Positions 38,201 to 49,200 of a stretch of DNA of 64,000 bases are shown here, piece by piece. Numbering within the stretch: the first letter of the stretch is position 1; every line of letters begins with the position of its first letter. Origin of the DNA: Yuukianura sp. NJ FZ-2021 (Eukaryota); assembly GCA_046563655.1 (NCBI GenBank), contig CM102285.1, forward strand, positions 13,578,001 to 13,642,000, given 5' to 3'. The notes below the pieces were generated by a model. It searched no databases. It was not told the origin of the DNA and worked only from the letters and a program-made list of their open reading frames with translations. The position numbers and the translations under genes are program-made.

Positions 38201-39348
38201 TGGCGGGAAATTGGAAATCCTAGACTTTGTTCTCTCATTGGTCGACGCTTTCGTGACACATTTTAGCGTCATTCGCCAAATTTCCATTGGCTGTCTAATT
38301 ACGCAACATGACGTAACTTTCAGATGAGTCTTGCCCCTAAATTGCTTTTCCAGGAAATTCGGAAAATCGATTCCCACAGAATTCTAGTATATAAAAGTGG
38401 GCCCATAATTTTCACCGCGTGACCTTCACATTCAAGCTTATTGCTACTGTTTGTAGCAGCAGTAGTAGTGTATGTTATGTCTGGCATGGTTTAGTAGTCT
38501 ATGAATATTAGTATGAGGACTTCCTGTGGCATATTGGCAAACAACAAGGCGTTTTTGGCACAAGCTCAACCTAATTTTCATACGTTGAAGAGGGTGTGTA
38601 GACGCGCAAAGTCGTATGAGCGCCAACCTTCAAAGTACCACCTACTCAACCTACGCGCTTCATCTTAATTGATTTCTGTCCCGCCACTTACCCATCTACA
38701 TGCAGTGAATCTTCACATGTAAAATTACTGTATGTACTAACATGTTTCGAAGATTCGAAACTCTGTTACTCTATAACGATTTAACTACTGAAGAAATCGT
38801 TTCCTCTTTCGAATAAAAGGAAGGCAATCATCAATCACGAAGATTCGTCTCAGCTTGATCTCTAATTACCAATTGACCATGCTATAACATGCTACGCTGT
38901 AAATAAATCTAACGTGTGTTTAAGATAACTGTAATCGTGGACCAATTTACAGTTTTTGCCATTTGGATCCACTTTATCATTTATCAATACTAAATTGGAA
39001 TTGGATGGTCAATTTTTTGGCTAGGGTGGGACGTGGGAGTCATTCGTGGCCACAACTTTAAAAAGCCAAACCATAAAAAACCAAGATGGCTCCCATTGTC
39101 ATCATCTCCCGTTTACCACCCAAGCCTAAATCAATCTCCTACCCGTTTGTGACGGAGTCTCCCTTCCTAGCCAGCAGTTTCGCAACGACACCAGACTTCG
39201 TGGCTTTAAATTTCAGCGTTTTGGACGATCCATCATCAATTTCCATGTAGTCGAAGATGACATGACCTTTCTTGACATAGCCCCCTTCCCTGACCTTCCA
39301 AGAGACAAGGCGGGAGGTTTTTGTGAGTGAGAAGATCTCAGTCTCCAT
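35234..39348 (-). CDS. CTDP1: RNA polymerase II CTD phosphatase FCP1
   Basis: N-terminal WKV...G lipoyl-like exon, CSHSTIITDLCALCG, LLVDLDQTLIH (DxDxT), RILSRDEC, IIDDREDVW, and a BRCT domain (THVVAARMGTAK...VTPDWLWCCAERW). Confidence 0.95.
38299..38397 (+). promoter_or_regulatory. Candidate TATA promoter inside FCP1 intron 1 (antisense)
   Basis: TTACGCAA (38299), TGACGTAA (38309), TTCCAGGAA (38348), TTCCCACA (38371) and TATATAAAAG (38388). Confidence 0.45.
38501..38668 (+). CDS. Candidate nested 55-aa small ORF of unknown function
   Basis: MNISMRTSCGILANNKAFLAQAQPNFHTLKRVCRRAKSYERQPSKYHLLNLRASS*, downstream of the TATA box and followed by AATAAA at 38812 and 38902. Confidence 0.3.
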   Translation: MNISMRTSCGILANNKAFLAQAQPNFHTLKRVCRRAKSYERQPSKYHLLNLRASS

Positions 39349-40386
39349 TTGTATTGTGTTTCTTCTGAGACGGGAGACAGAATAGGTCCTTCCTCGTCGA
39401 ATTCCAAATGTAATATGGTGTATTTGGCACTACCACAAGGACATTATGCACAAGGAACGGAGCTTAGCACAAGCACACACAAGGAGAAGATTCACAACAA
39501 AACTAACCAGAAATCCCCCTCCAACGCCAACGAAGGAGGCCCATGCTCAGCTGTACGATACGATACGAGTGCTAAAGCCAATGGAAACAGCAACTCCCTT
39601 TCCCTCGTCGGAAAAATCCAACAACTCCCGAACGAAACAGACGCCAAACCATTGCCAAACCCCTCCGCCCATCCCCCTCAATGAGGAGATAATCGATCCC
39701 GTTGCTTTTGCGATTCTTTTTAGCCCGCCCGAAGTAAAAAGCAGAGGAAATGCAGGGATTGAAAATTCACACACGCGCTTGCCATGTTGCCAAAATGTAA
39801 GTAATATTATAGTTACAAATTATATTAATTAAATTAGTAAATGAATTAATTCTTTATTAATTAATTATTTTCTAATTAAACCTTTGACCACCAACAAAAT
39901 TTAAACTCCGTTCCCGCTAAAAACGCTGCCTCCAAGTGAAGGGGTAGTCCTTCTACCTTTGCCTATCTTATTCATTCGAAGCAACTTGAGAAACGCGTCT
40001 CGCATCTCGCAGGGTAGAGATTGGCGAAAGTCAGTGGGAGACAATGCGAACGGGGATAGAGAAATGCACAAGTGATAATTTAGAATATGGAAATGATTTA
40101 AGTGCACGTGTACTCAGGATTTGGTATAAAGTGTAGAGAAAACAAAACTTAAGAGTGGGGATGTGAGGAAACGTTTAGAAGACTAATGAATTTGGTGCAA
40201 AGTAAAGACGAAAACGTAATTTTTATAAAACTTTATTTGTGAAAAGCTTAGAGAAAAAAATTGACTATTGCAGGGGAGCTTATTGTTTTTCGTTCACATC
40301 TTTTACACTGGCAACACCGCAGTGAAGTGGAATTTTCAAAAATATAATTTGGCGCCAGCCTTGTTGTGGGGTGGAATGAGACGACA

Positions 40387-40394
40387 GCGCGAAA
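40387..40394 (-). promoter_or_regulatory. E2F-type site upstream of the CENP-L-like gene
   Basis: GCGCGAAA (TTTCGCGC on the minus strand), with TTGGCGCC about 40 bp upstream. Confidence 0.4.
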
Positions 40395-40543
40395 GTTGAA
40401 CTCCGGTTTTAGGAGGGAGACGAATGTTTACCGTTTTGTTTTGGATTTTTTTTTGTTTTTGTGTCATCTCCTTTTGTCATCATTTTTTGTTTTCAGTGAA
40501 AACTTTTCAATTAATTAATCTGTTTGTATCAGTAAATTAGCTG

Positions 40544-42384
40544 ATGCCAACACCACTTCGTAAGATGGGTCCAAAACGAGGTGCTGCCCCCCGTCTGGCG
40601 AAGCTCCGTCTGCCAAAACGCAAAGCGCAGGTTAGGTTAATTATTACTGCTTCCAATAAATCAGCAGATATTCATAGAGTTGTCAATTTCAGGATTATGA
40701 CGGCGAAGACCCTGAAGTTTTTTCCAGTGCTCGTCGGGCTCGTTATTCAGGGTCGGAAGACGGTGATGATGAAGGCGAAGTTAACAACAATCACAATGAT
40801 TTCCGTAAACCTAAAGGTGCCAGAGTTGTGCACAGTGACAGTGAAAATGAAGTAGATCAAATAGCACGAGAAATGAGGAGTAGCAAGAAGGACGAGATGG
40901 ATCCCCGTGGCAGAGAGGGCAAATCAACCGGCAAAACGAGCAAACGTAACGACAGGAACAATAATAAAGATGGAGATCCTACGCCGAAGACGACTAAAAC
41001 AAAGAGATTTGACAACGAAACGGACAATAAGTTAAGCCCTACCGAAAGTGCTTTGAACAGTAAGCAGTATATGTCTACTATCCAGTAAATTGTCACCATC
41101 ACCGATTGAATTGATAATTGATGATAAATATTGACTACAGGATTGTTGAGTGCCTCATGTAACATTTCTCTCGCGAGTCCGATCTACATATCCTTTGAAC
41201 CTGAAGGACTGAGTCAATTTTGCCGAGAATTCGAAACTATTTTGACAGAAACTGCACCCTCACTCATTGAACATCGGAAGGAGGCGACATTTTACGTGAA
41301 GGCCGTTCTGCTACCGGGTATTCGGATAACACAATCTGACAAGGAGACTCTTCTCATCCAAATCTATCGTCAGACAGTCCAAGATGATATTGCCGATGAT
41401 GAAGTTGAGAGGTACGAAATTCCTCCATATTGCTTTGACTTTGAATGTTGATGTTATGTTAAATGCTTTCCTGTTTTGTTAGAAAACTTCTCTTTAGTTC
41501 ATTGTTTACTTCTTGCGGTTCGAGGGGGACTGCTCAAAGAAAAGGAGTCGGCGGGCACATTCGGCAGCTGGAATTTGAAGACGACGACTTTACTGCCAAG
41601 AATCTCCCTGTTGTCATCTGGTACGGCAAAACCCGTACATGGGACATCCTTTGTCCTTGTTTAGAAAGACAACTTCAGTGCAATTTTCAAAATATTCACA
41701 TCACCCATGTCCACATGCAAATATTTGCTGGGATTTGGCTTCATCAAGACGTTAAACGCGGATGGTTTTCGTCAGGACAAAAGAACAGCGACGGAGTTAG
41801 TATTGACTACCATCACTCCAAGAAGTCTCAAAAGGAAAACAAAGTCTTTAACGTTGAACTCAACTTTGGGCAATGGAAAAACGACCTCGAACAGTAATTT
41901 TCTTTCCACTTCTGGTCAAAATTAAAAACTGACACGCATAATCACTAAACTTTCGTTTTTTTATACCGCAGTGTTGAGTATGATCTGGAGAACAATCTGC
42001 CGTTCAAACAAGCACTTAAGAAAATTTGGCAGGAAGTACTGGATGCTCACTTGGCCACGTACAAAGATGATCTTAGCAAGGCCGACTTTATCAAGATCAG
42101 AACGAGTTCTTGTGTCATCAGCGCAAACGGACGAGTAAGATTACTCCAATTTGTCATTTTTATGAAACTTTTGATCTTTGTGTTGTTTATGCAACTTTTC
42201 ATCTTCGTGTTTTTTGTGAAACTTTTGATTTGTGTGATTTTTGTAGATCAAGTTGAGGAAGGGAACAAAACTCAGTGAATTCCAGGCGGTCTTTTCCCAG
42301 TTGACGCGGATGCTGGAACTGGGATCGACTGGTGGCACAATGTACCAAAGAACACAAGGAGCACAAATACAAGAGAAGTCTTAA
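40544..42384 (+). CDS. CENPL: Divergent centromere protein L (CCAN) homologue, ~478 aa
   Basis: Exons 40544-40630, 40693-41059, 41141-41411, 41483-41893, 41972-42134 and 42247-42384 splice in frame. Segments LLPGIRITQSDKETLLIQI, LPVVIWYG...LERQLQCNFQNIHI...FAGIW and DLSKADFIKIRTSSCVISANGRIKL align by eye to CENP-L blocks as I recall them. Confidence 0.72.
42151..42246. repeat. 27-bp intronic tandem repeat, ~3.5 copies
   Basis: ATGAAACTTTTGATCTTTGTGTTGTTT-like units fill most of the last CENP-L intron. Confidence 0.7.
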
Positions 42385-43253
42385 TTTTTTTCTCTACGTT
42401 TATACATTTTCAAAACAAAAAAAAAAGCAAAGTAGGAACAAAGAAATTAACAAATGACTCGTTCAGTATTTTCCTAAAAACTGCTACTGCAATCCATGTT
42501 TTCTGTAATACTGAAGTTGAATTGTTCTTAAGATTCAGGCTCAACTCCTCTAATTTTGTTCAATTAACTAACTTCTCTTTTCTAATTTTTACTTTGCTTT
42601 AGATTAGTACTCTTGGATCTTGGAATCATTCTTTACTTGATTACCAATATTAAAATGAATTAATTGTCTTTACTTTTTAACTTTTAGAGAACCAGAACAC
42701 CTCAGATATAATTTATGAATAAAGTTGTAGCAATGTTATTCTCAAATTGTGTCTGCAAGGTCACTCAAAGGTTAGGTAAGGCAGGGAGCTGCTGGAAGGT
42801 TAGGTCAAAGGTGAATTTAATCGAAATTTTGAAAAAAGTTTTGTTTCTATTTGAAAAGTTCTAAAAATTTTAATCCGATTTTGTTTTACTTTGCTTCCAG
42901 GCTTGTTTTCTTCATTCATCTTAGGATTTGAAAGCATTTCGGAAGTGGAGTTTGCGTGTTCACCGGAATCTCGTAGGGTTTCCAATTTTAGGGAAGTCGC
43001 TGCTCCGGTTTTCAGCCAGAACCCGGGAAAGTGTGATCGGAAGAGGAGTTTCGCTCTTGCTTTGGTTGGTTTCACCACATGCTAAACCAGTTGAGTCGTG
43101 GAGAAAGTACGAAAGTTGCAACAACAAGGAAGTAATCACTACAGGAAGTATCCAGATTCTGGGTTCCAGAAGTAAACAAGACACCGCTGTCCAGAAGCCA
43201 CGAAGTCCAGTTGCCTAGCGACGTCAAAATTCCAGTGTCGTCATTCGTCAACT

Positions 43254-46200
43254 ATGTCACGTCGGAAACAAGCCAAACCACGAGCAGTTCTTCTAAAACG
43301 TGAGTCAAAAACTTCTTTATTTTGAAAAATAGGTTAAGCAGTAAGCAAGTTGCTGTAGAATTTAGCGGGAACAATTCGAACTGATCGAAATTCGGAAATG
43401 TGCTGGGTCCCCCCGATTTTCCCGGGTATTTGTGTCCCCCTGTGTTAGGGAATGAATGATTCATGAACGCTGGTCTGTGCCTGTTCTAATTAGAGTAGAA
43501 GGCTGAAGGAGAAGCGTCAAATGGACATCTTAGAAAAGCGTTTGTGACTTCCCCTGCCTTCTAATTACTCAAAGTAACTCTTAGCTAATGAGAAGAATGA
43601 CTCCTTCGGTCTTACACTTTCTCCTGAGACCACCGCCAGCATCCAGCATCTCTCAGTCTGTAATCTCCCTGTAGAGCCTTCCTGGATCTTAGCTTGTCCA
43701 ACTAAGAATTATTGTCACTGGAACAGGTCCCGTTCTTTTAAGAAATTAAACTTTGGAAAGTAATTATGCCTTCCACTTTTTAATCATTAGACACCGAGTT
43801 TCTAGTGGGACGCTGTGAACGTTGGTGGGAATTCGAAAATACGCAGCTTTTTTCCCGGTCCATCCGGAGAAAGTTGGGCTAAAAAATCGGATGTTCCTGG
43901 AAAATGAGTTTTTCGAAATTTCGAACTTCGATGCCATTTTCATTTTTGCGCAACTTTTCCTTGCACTTTTCATGTTAACTGGTCAGATCACCGGTTCCTG
44001 TTCCACAAAATTTCCCCGATTACGGATTTGCAAATTTTTTCGATCTGAGATTTTTTTGACGTTTCGATTTCTAATAGGCTAGCGGCTAGGTTTCCTTCCA
44101 CTGATTTACCTTTTTAAGTTTTTTTTTTATTTAATTTTGGTAAGTTTTCACTTTGGAGAGAAAATTGGAATGAGCTTGGTTTTTTTAGGAAAGGTGAAAG
44201 TTCAGGTTTTGAGAATGTTTTTAGTTTTAAGTTTTTTTTTCCTAGTTTTTTGAGTTTTTGTTAGTAGCTTTTTGGGTGATTGCTTGTTCATCTTGGTTCC
44301 TTTGTGATAGTGATGAGGGTAAATTCCAGTGGGATTTGGATAGTTTCGTGTTTCGTATCTTGAGATGCGTTTTCCCTGGTTATGGTTAGAGTTGAAGTTA
44401 AGGTTAGGTTTGGCCTAACTATTGCAGCAGTACAGCCTCTTCGTGTCCCACGAGACTCTCACTCCTACTCCTTTTCCCTGAATTTCACCGAAATTCTCAT
44501 TTTCCTTTTGGAGGCTTCAAATCCCTCGTCTCGTGAGTTGGCTCTGTCCCGTGGGACCGTGGCTCTCACTCCGAAGAATCCTCATTTCCCATTTCCAACT
44601 TTCCCCAGGGAGCCACCCACTCCGCTCCACCAAAACTTCCCGGCCCCACCCGCCAATATTCTCAGGCTATGGAAAAGTTATATGAGCCTAAGTATGGTGG
44701 GGCCTAGGTGGATGTGGGTTTGAGGGATGGTGGTATGGGGACATAATGAAGAGAATTTATAAAGACAAGAGGATTAATGGCTGATGGAGTTGGGCGTCTT
44801 GGCGGGAAGAGAAGTCTGTCTTGGTGTTGTTTTATCGCTTTCTCGGGAGGAGTCCCAAGGACCCTCTCAATCTCACCCCGACACTTTAATTAAGATCTCT
44901 CATTAGAAATACACACAACAAACTAACTTAAGTTAACCTAGTGTAACTTAGGCTTAGACATGTAATGCACAGAGATCCAACCGTCAGGCTAGGTTCGTCA
45001 AGGGAAAGTCTCCAGGTGAAAGTTGAGCAAAACGGAACAAAAGTTCAGTCCCATTCCCAACTACTGTCATGATTCTCTTTTCTGCTCCAATTTTCAAAAT
45101 TAAAGTGTACTATGTTTACAGTATTTAGATTTTGAAAACAAACCTAAGTTAATTAATGACATTTGATTAACTTAGGTTAACCTGCTTGGTTACTAAACGT
45201 TAAGCATGGGCATATTGGCCAGATCTTCTGCAGCGTCTCGCTTACGTTTCAAAATTTTCAGAATTCGTATGGTAATATTTCTGCCTCTTATGGTTTAGTT
45301 TAGTCGTTCTGTTGTCATTTGTATTCCGTTGTATGAGAGACATCTTAAAACTGAAATTTCTGTAGCCGAATTTGGAATTTCACTTCAATTTCGAAATTTG
45401 AATTTCACATTTGGATTCCAGTTTGACTAAAAAATTGATTAAGTTAACCGTTCTTAACTAATCTAAAGTTAATCACAGTTAAATTGGAAATTTTTGGTTG
45501 AATTTTCCAGTTTTTGGAAAAATCTGGTTTGGGTTTGATTTTTTTTCTGGGAGGTATACACCATGAGCGAGTAAAAATCGCTAGGGGTTGGTTTCTAGTT
45601 TTTAGTTTTTGGAAATTTTGAAAAAGTTTTGGAAAAAGTAGATTGACACTTTGATTCTCTTGAGAAGTGAATGTCCCCTATGATTTCTAGGGAACTTTTT
45701 TAGAGAAGGAAGGGCCAGAGGAAGGTTTTAGTGATGGACAAGACAAAAGTTTTGAAGAAAGTAATTGTAAAATTGTAAGGTGTGAGAGTATGAAGAGGGA
45801 AAGTGTGCTTTCCCCTAGGGATTTCCTTCGAACAAACTTATTTTCTCCTTTGTTCTTTTTTTTTTCTTCACTTGGAAATTGGTGACACTTCCCTCGTCAA
45901 CTTCTCGAGCAGAGTTCTGCCGCTGCCAAGGAGAATTTTAAAGGGAAAGGGCCCCTCCCCTCCTCCTCTGCCTGATAAGTGCCTCAACTTTGAGTGTCTC
46001 TGTTGGCTAAAGTTTTGTCTCCTTTGATGAATTAGTTTTTGGAGAAGAAAGAGAGAGCTCCTGGTTACGTTAGTTTTAGGTTGGAAAGTAAGAAACGTCT
46101 TTTTGCAGGAGAAAGTCCCTGGAGAGACTTCTGGCGCAGGGGCCTGAGTGTGTGTTGTGGAAGGCTGTAAATCTGTAGGTCGTATGAATATATTATTAAC

Positions 46201-49200
46201 ACTTTCTCCGATTCCCTCTGATGGATGAAGGGCCTACCCTCTGTCCCTTGAGGGTTCCTTGGCAGAAGAAGGGGACATTCGTACAATTTATGTCTCCTTC
46301 CCAAAGTCATTAACACCAAACACTTTCTCCCAGATGAAATCAAGGAAAACAACCGTCTTCTGCTCAACAACAGCATCTACTCCTTGTGCTAGATGCTGCA
46401 GACTTCCTTGGAATTATTCCATTTGCCCTAGAGAGTTTTAACAGACAGGAATAAGGAAAGGAAAGCAAGGGAAAGTCAACGTAACTAAACCTAAAAGTCA
46501 CCCCTCCGCATTCTCATGACCTTTGACCTGCGCCAAAATCCAAAATCTAAAGGCGTCATACCTCAATTGTTACTTTTTACAGTTTGGATTTCTTGAATTT
46601 GAGAATTTTTTGAGAATTAAGGGAAAGGAAAGGGCAGAATTTTTTTTTTTTTTTTTTTTTGTAAATTTTTTATCCCAAATTCATTGAAAATTTAATTGTC
46701 TCACTATGAAGAAACGTGGAATCAGTCAAGAAAATTTTTTTTTTGGAAGTTCCACACTGGACCCGAAAATTTTCGAATCCAGCAGAAATGAAAGGTTTTT
46801 TTTGTCATTTTTTTTCCTGTTTACCTACTTTTGAAGTCATTTGCAACTTTTGTGAAATTAGTACTATCTAAATGTTAGTTTTTTTTTAGTTCGACTGAAA
46901 CCAAATCCTCTCGTTTTCCGAAAAAGATTTTTTTTGCGGTCCCTTGTCTCATTAGGTTAGGTCATATGGATCACGACTAATGTTACGATATTTTTTTTCA
47001 TATTGGTTAAAATTAGCACCAAAAGAGAAAAGACCGATACGTTTTGGTTGATAACTTTTCTAAAGATAAGCCGTGAGATTTTAAAAAGATTTTCTTTTTA
47101 AAAAATCAGAGTCGCAGTGTGGTTTTTTTCCGAGACGAATTTTGTTGTATACAATTTGTTCCGCATTGGTTAGTTTTTTTCTTCTCCTTTTAGAAAAGAA
47201 GGAAGAAAGTGGCTTAGTTTTTTTTTGTCGTGATTATAACGGAAGCGGGTGCTGGTGTAGCTAAATCCATCCTCATTTGTGGTTTTGGTGTCGTCGTAAA
47301 GGAACTTTTTTGTTTTTTGCTTACGTTTTTTTCTTGAAATTGTTAAATTATGAAAAGAGAAAGCCTTTTTGAGGACTTTTGAATAAATTTTGAGCCCTAA
47401 CTTTCTTTTTCTCTCCTTAGTAATTTTTCCCGTGTTGCATAAAATGAAAACACAGAGTTGTAAGTTTTGTTATTTTATTTGATGATGGCGGGAGAGGAAT
47501 TGTGTGTGTCTCTGCTGAGCTTAAGTTTCCCAGAAGAAAAAACTCAAATTCCCAAGACCCTGCTAAAAAGTATTAAATCTCCAATTTCATTTTCACCAAG
47601 CCTCTGCCGCTTCCGTTTTTTAAGTTCAAAACAACACCTTCCCTGCTTCACTTTTTTTTTAGAAAAGTAGGAAAGCGTCTTTTTCTTTTTAGATTTTTTA
47701 AAGAAAAACTTCATTTTCTTTCTCCTTTATGCGATTAAGGCGCTGCTCCTACTGAGTTTTCTACTTTCCGAACTTCAAGTGCGCAAATTAGAGTGGGAAA
47801 TTTTGAAATAGAAAGCACATGCTAATTCTTTGGAAGTAGTGAAAAGTTCTTCTTGTTATAAACCAATTTCCTATGCTTTTGCTTTTCATTAGATCAGAAA
47901 GGGGAAGAGGATGAACCAATTCGGAAAAAAAAGTGGTTCTAAAACACGGTGAAAAAAGTTAGAAAGCTCATAAGTTTTAAAAAAAATGAAAATAAGAAAA
48001 AGTGGATCTTTTTTTCATTTTTTGAATTAGGGAAAGTGAAAGCAAAAAAGAAAATTGATATTTTAGTGAGAAAAAATTGGTACTTTAGGACTTCATTTCA
48101 GTTTTTAAAAAATCGAAACATAAGAGTCAATTTTGTCGTTGTAATTGAGCTACTTTCACTTTCACCCGCCTCGATTCTCTCCCAGAGTTTGAGGCTTTTA
48201 AAGGTAAAGTGAAAGTTAGCGGAGCAGAACTTTCACTTTTGGTTTAAACCACCAGAAACGCAGTATTCATGAAGAACGAACTGTTAAGTGGTGTTCATAA
48301 ATTAAGTTCAAACAAACACATTTTCAAGTTTCCATTTTTAGGTTTCAAAAAAGTTTATTGGAAATCGGAATTATAATTTTTTGTCAAACATTTATCGAAT
48401 CTCGAATTGGAAATTGAAACTTTATGAATTTATTGAAACCGGAAGTGAAAGTTTTTGAATTTTTTGGTTTTTGGAATGCAACGAATGTTTTTTTGTTTTC
48501 ATTTGTTGCAAACCACTGTACTATGGTGAATAAACTGTTGAAATTTGGATGGTAATGGGGATATGAGTATAAATTTCCAGTGGAAGTGAATTTGTTCTTT
48601 AGGTTTTTGAACTTTCTTTTTTTATTTTTCTAACAATAATTTTCGTTCGTAGAATTTTATTTTGAAGATGTTTTTTCTGAAGTTTCGTTATTTTGAAGGC
48701 CCTTGTGATTAGAAAAGGCTCTCTGGGAGATGATGGTAATTTTGAAAGTGGAAGTTGACGTTTTGAAGGGTATGCTAGGGAACAGGGGCACTTTCCCCAG
48801 CAGACTCTCCTTCCAGAATGTGATTAATCCAGGGAGTCCCAAGGGCCCTCCACGCAACCACTCTCCACTTTCTGTGCAGAGTCCAGGAGGACTTTCTCCA
48901 CTTTCACCAGCCACGGCAAAGCCACCTTCCCAATTAGCTCAGAAAGGGAATTCTCAATCACACACACTGGGTTAGGCTCTCTCCTGGTCAAAAGTACTGC
49001 TGGAGAGAGGAAGTTAGGCTGAATGGAAAATGGTTTCGTCATATTACATGTTATAAGCTTAGTTTTCAAGTTAGGTTGGAGTCATCTGGGAAGCGGAGGA
49101 CCAGAGACTCACTTTGGTTTTCACTGCACGACACCCTTCCCCAGGGAGGTCAACTAATCAACCTTCGAAGTGCGGCAGAGCTTCACCTCCAGCACTTTAG

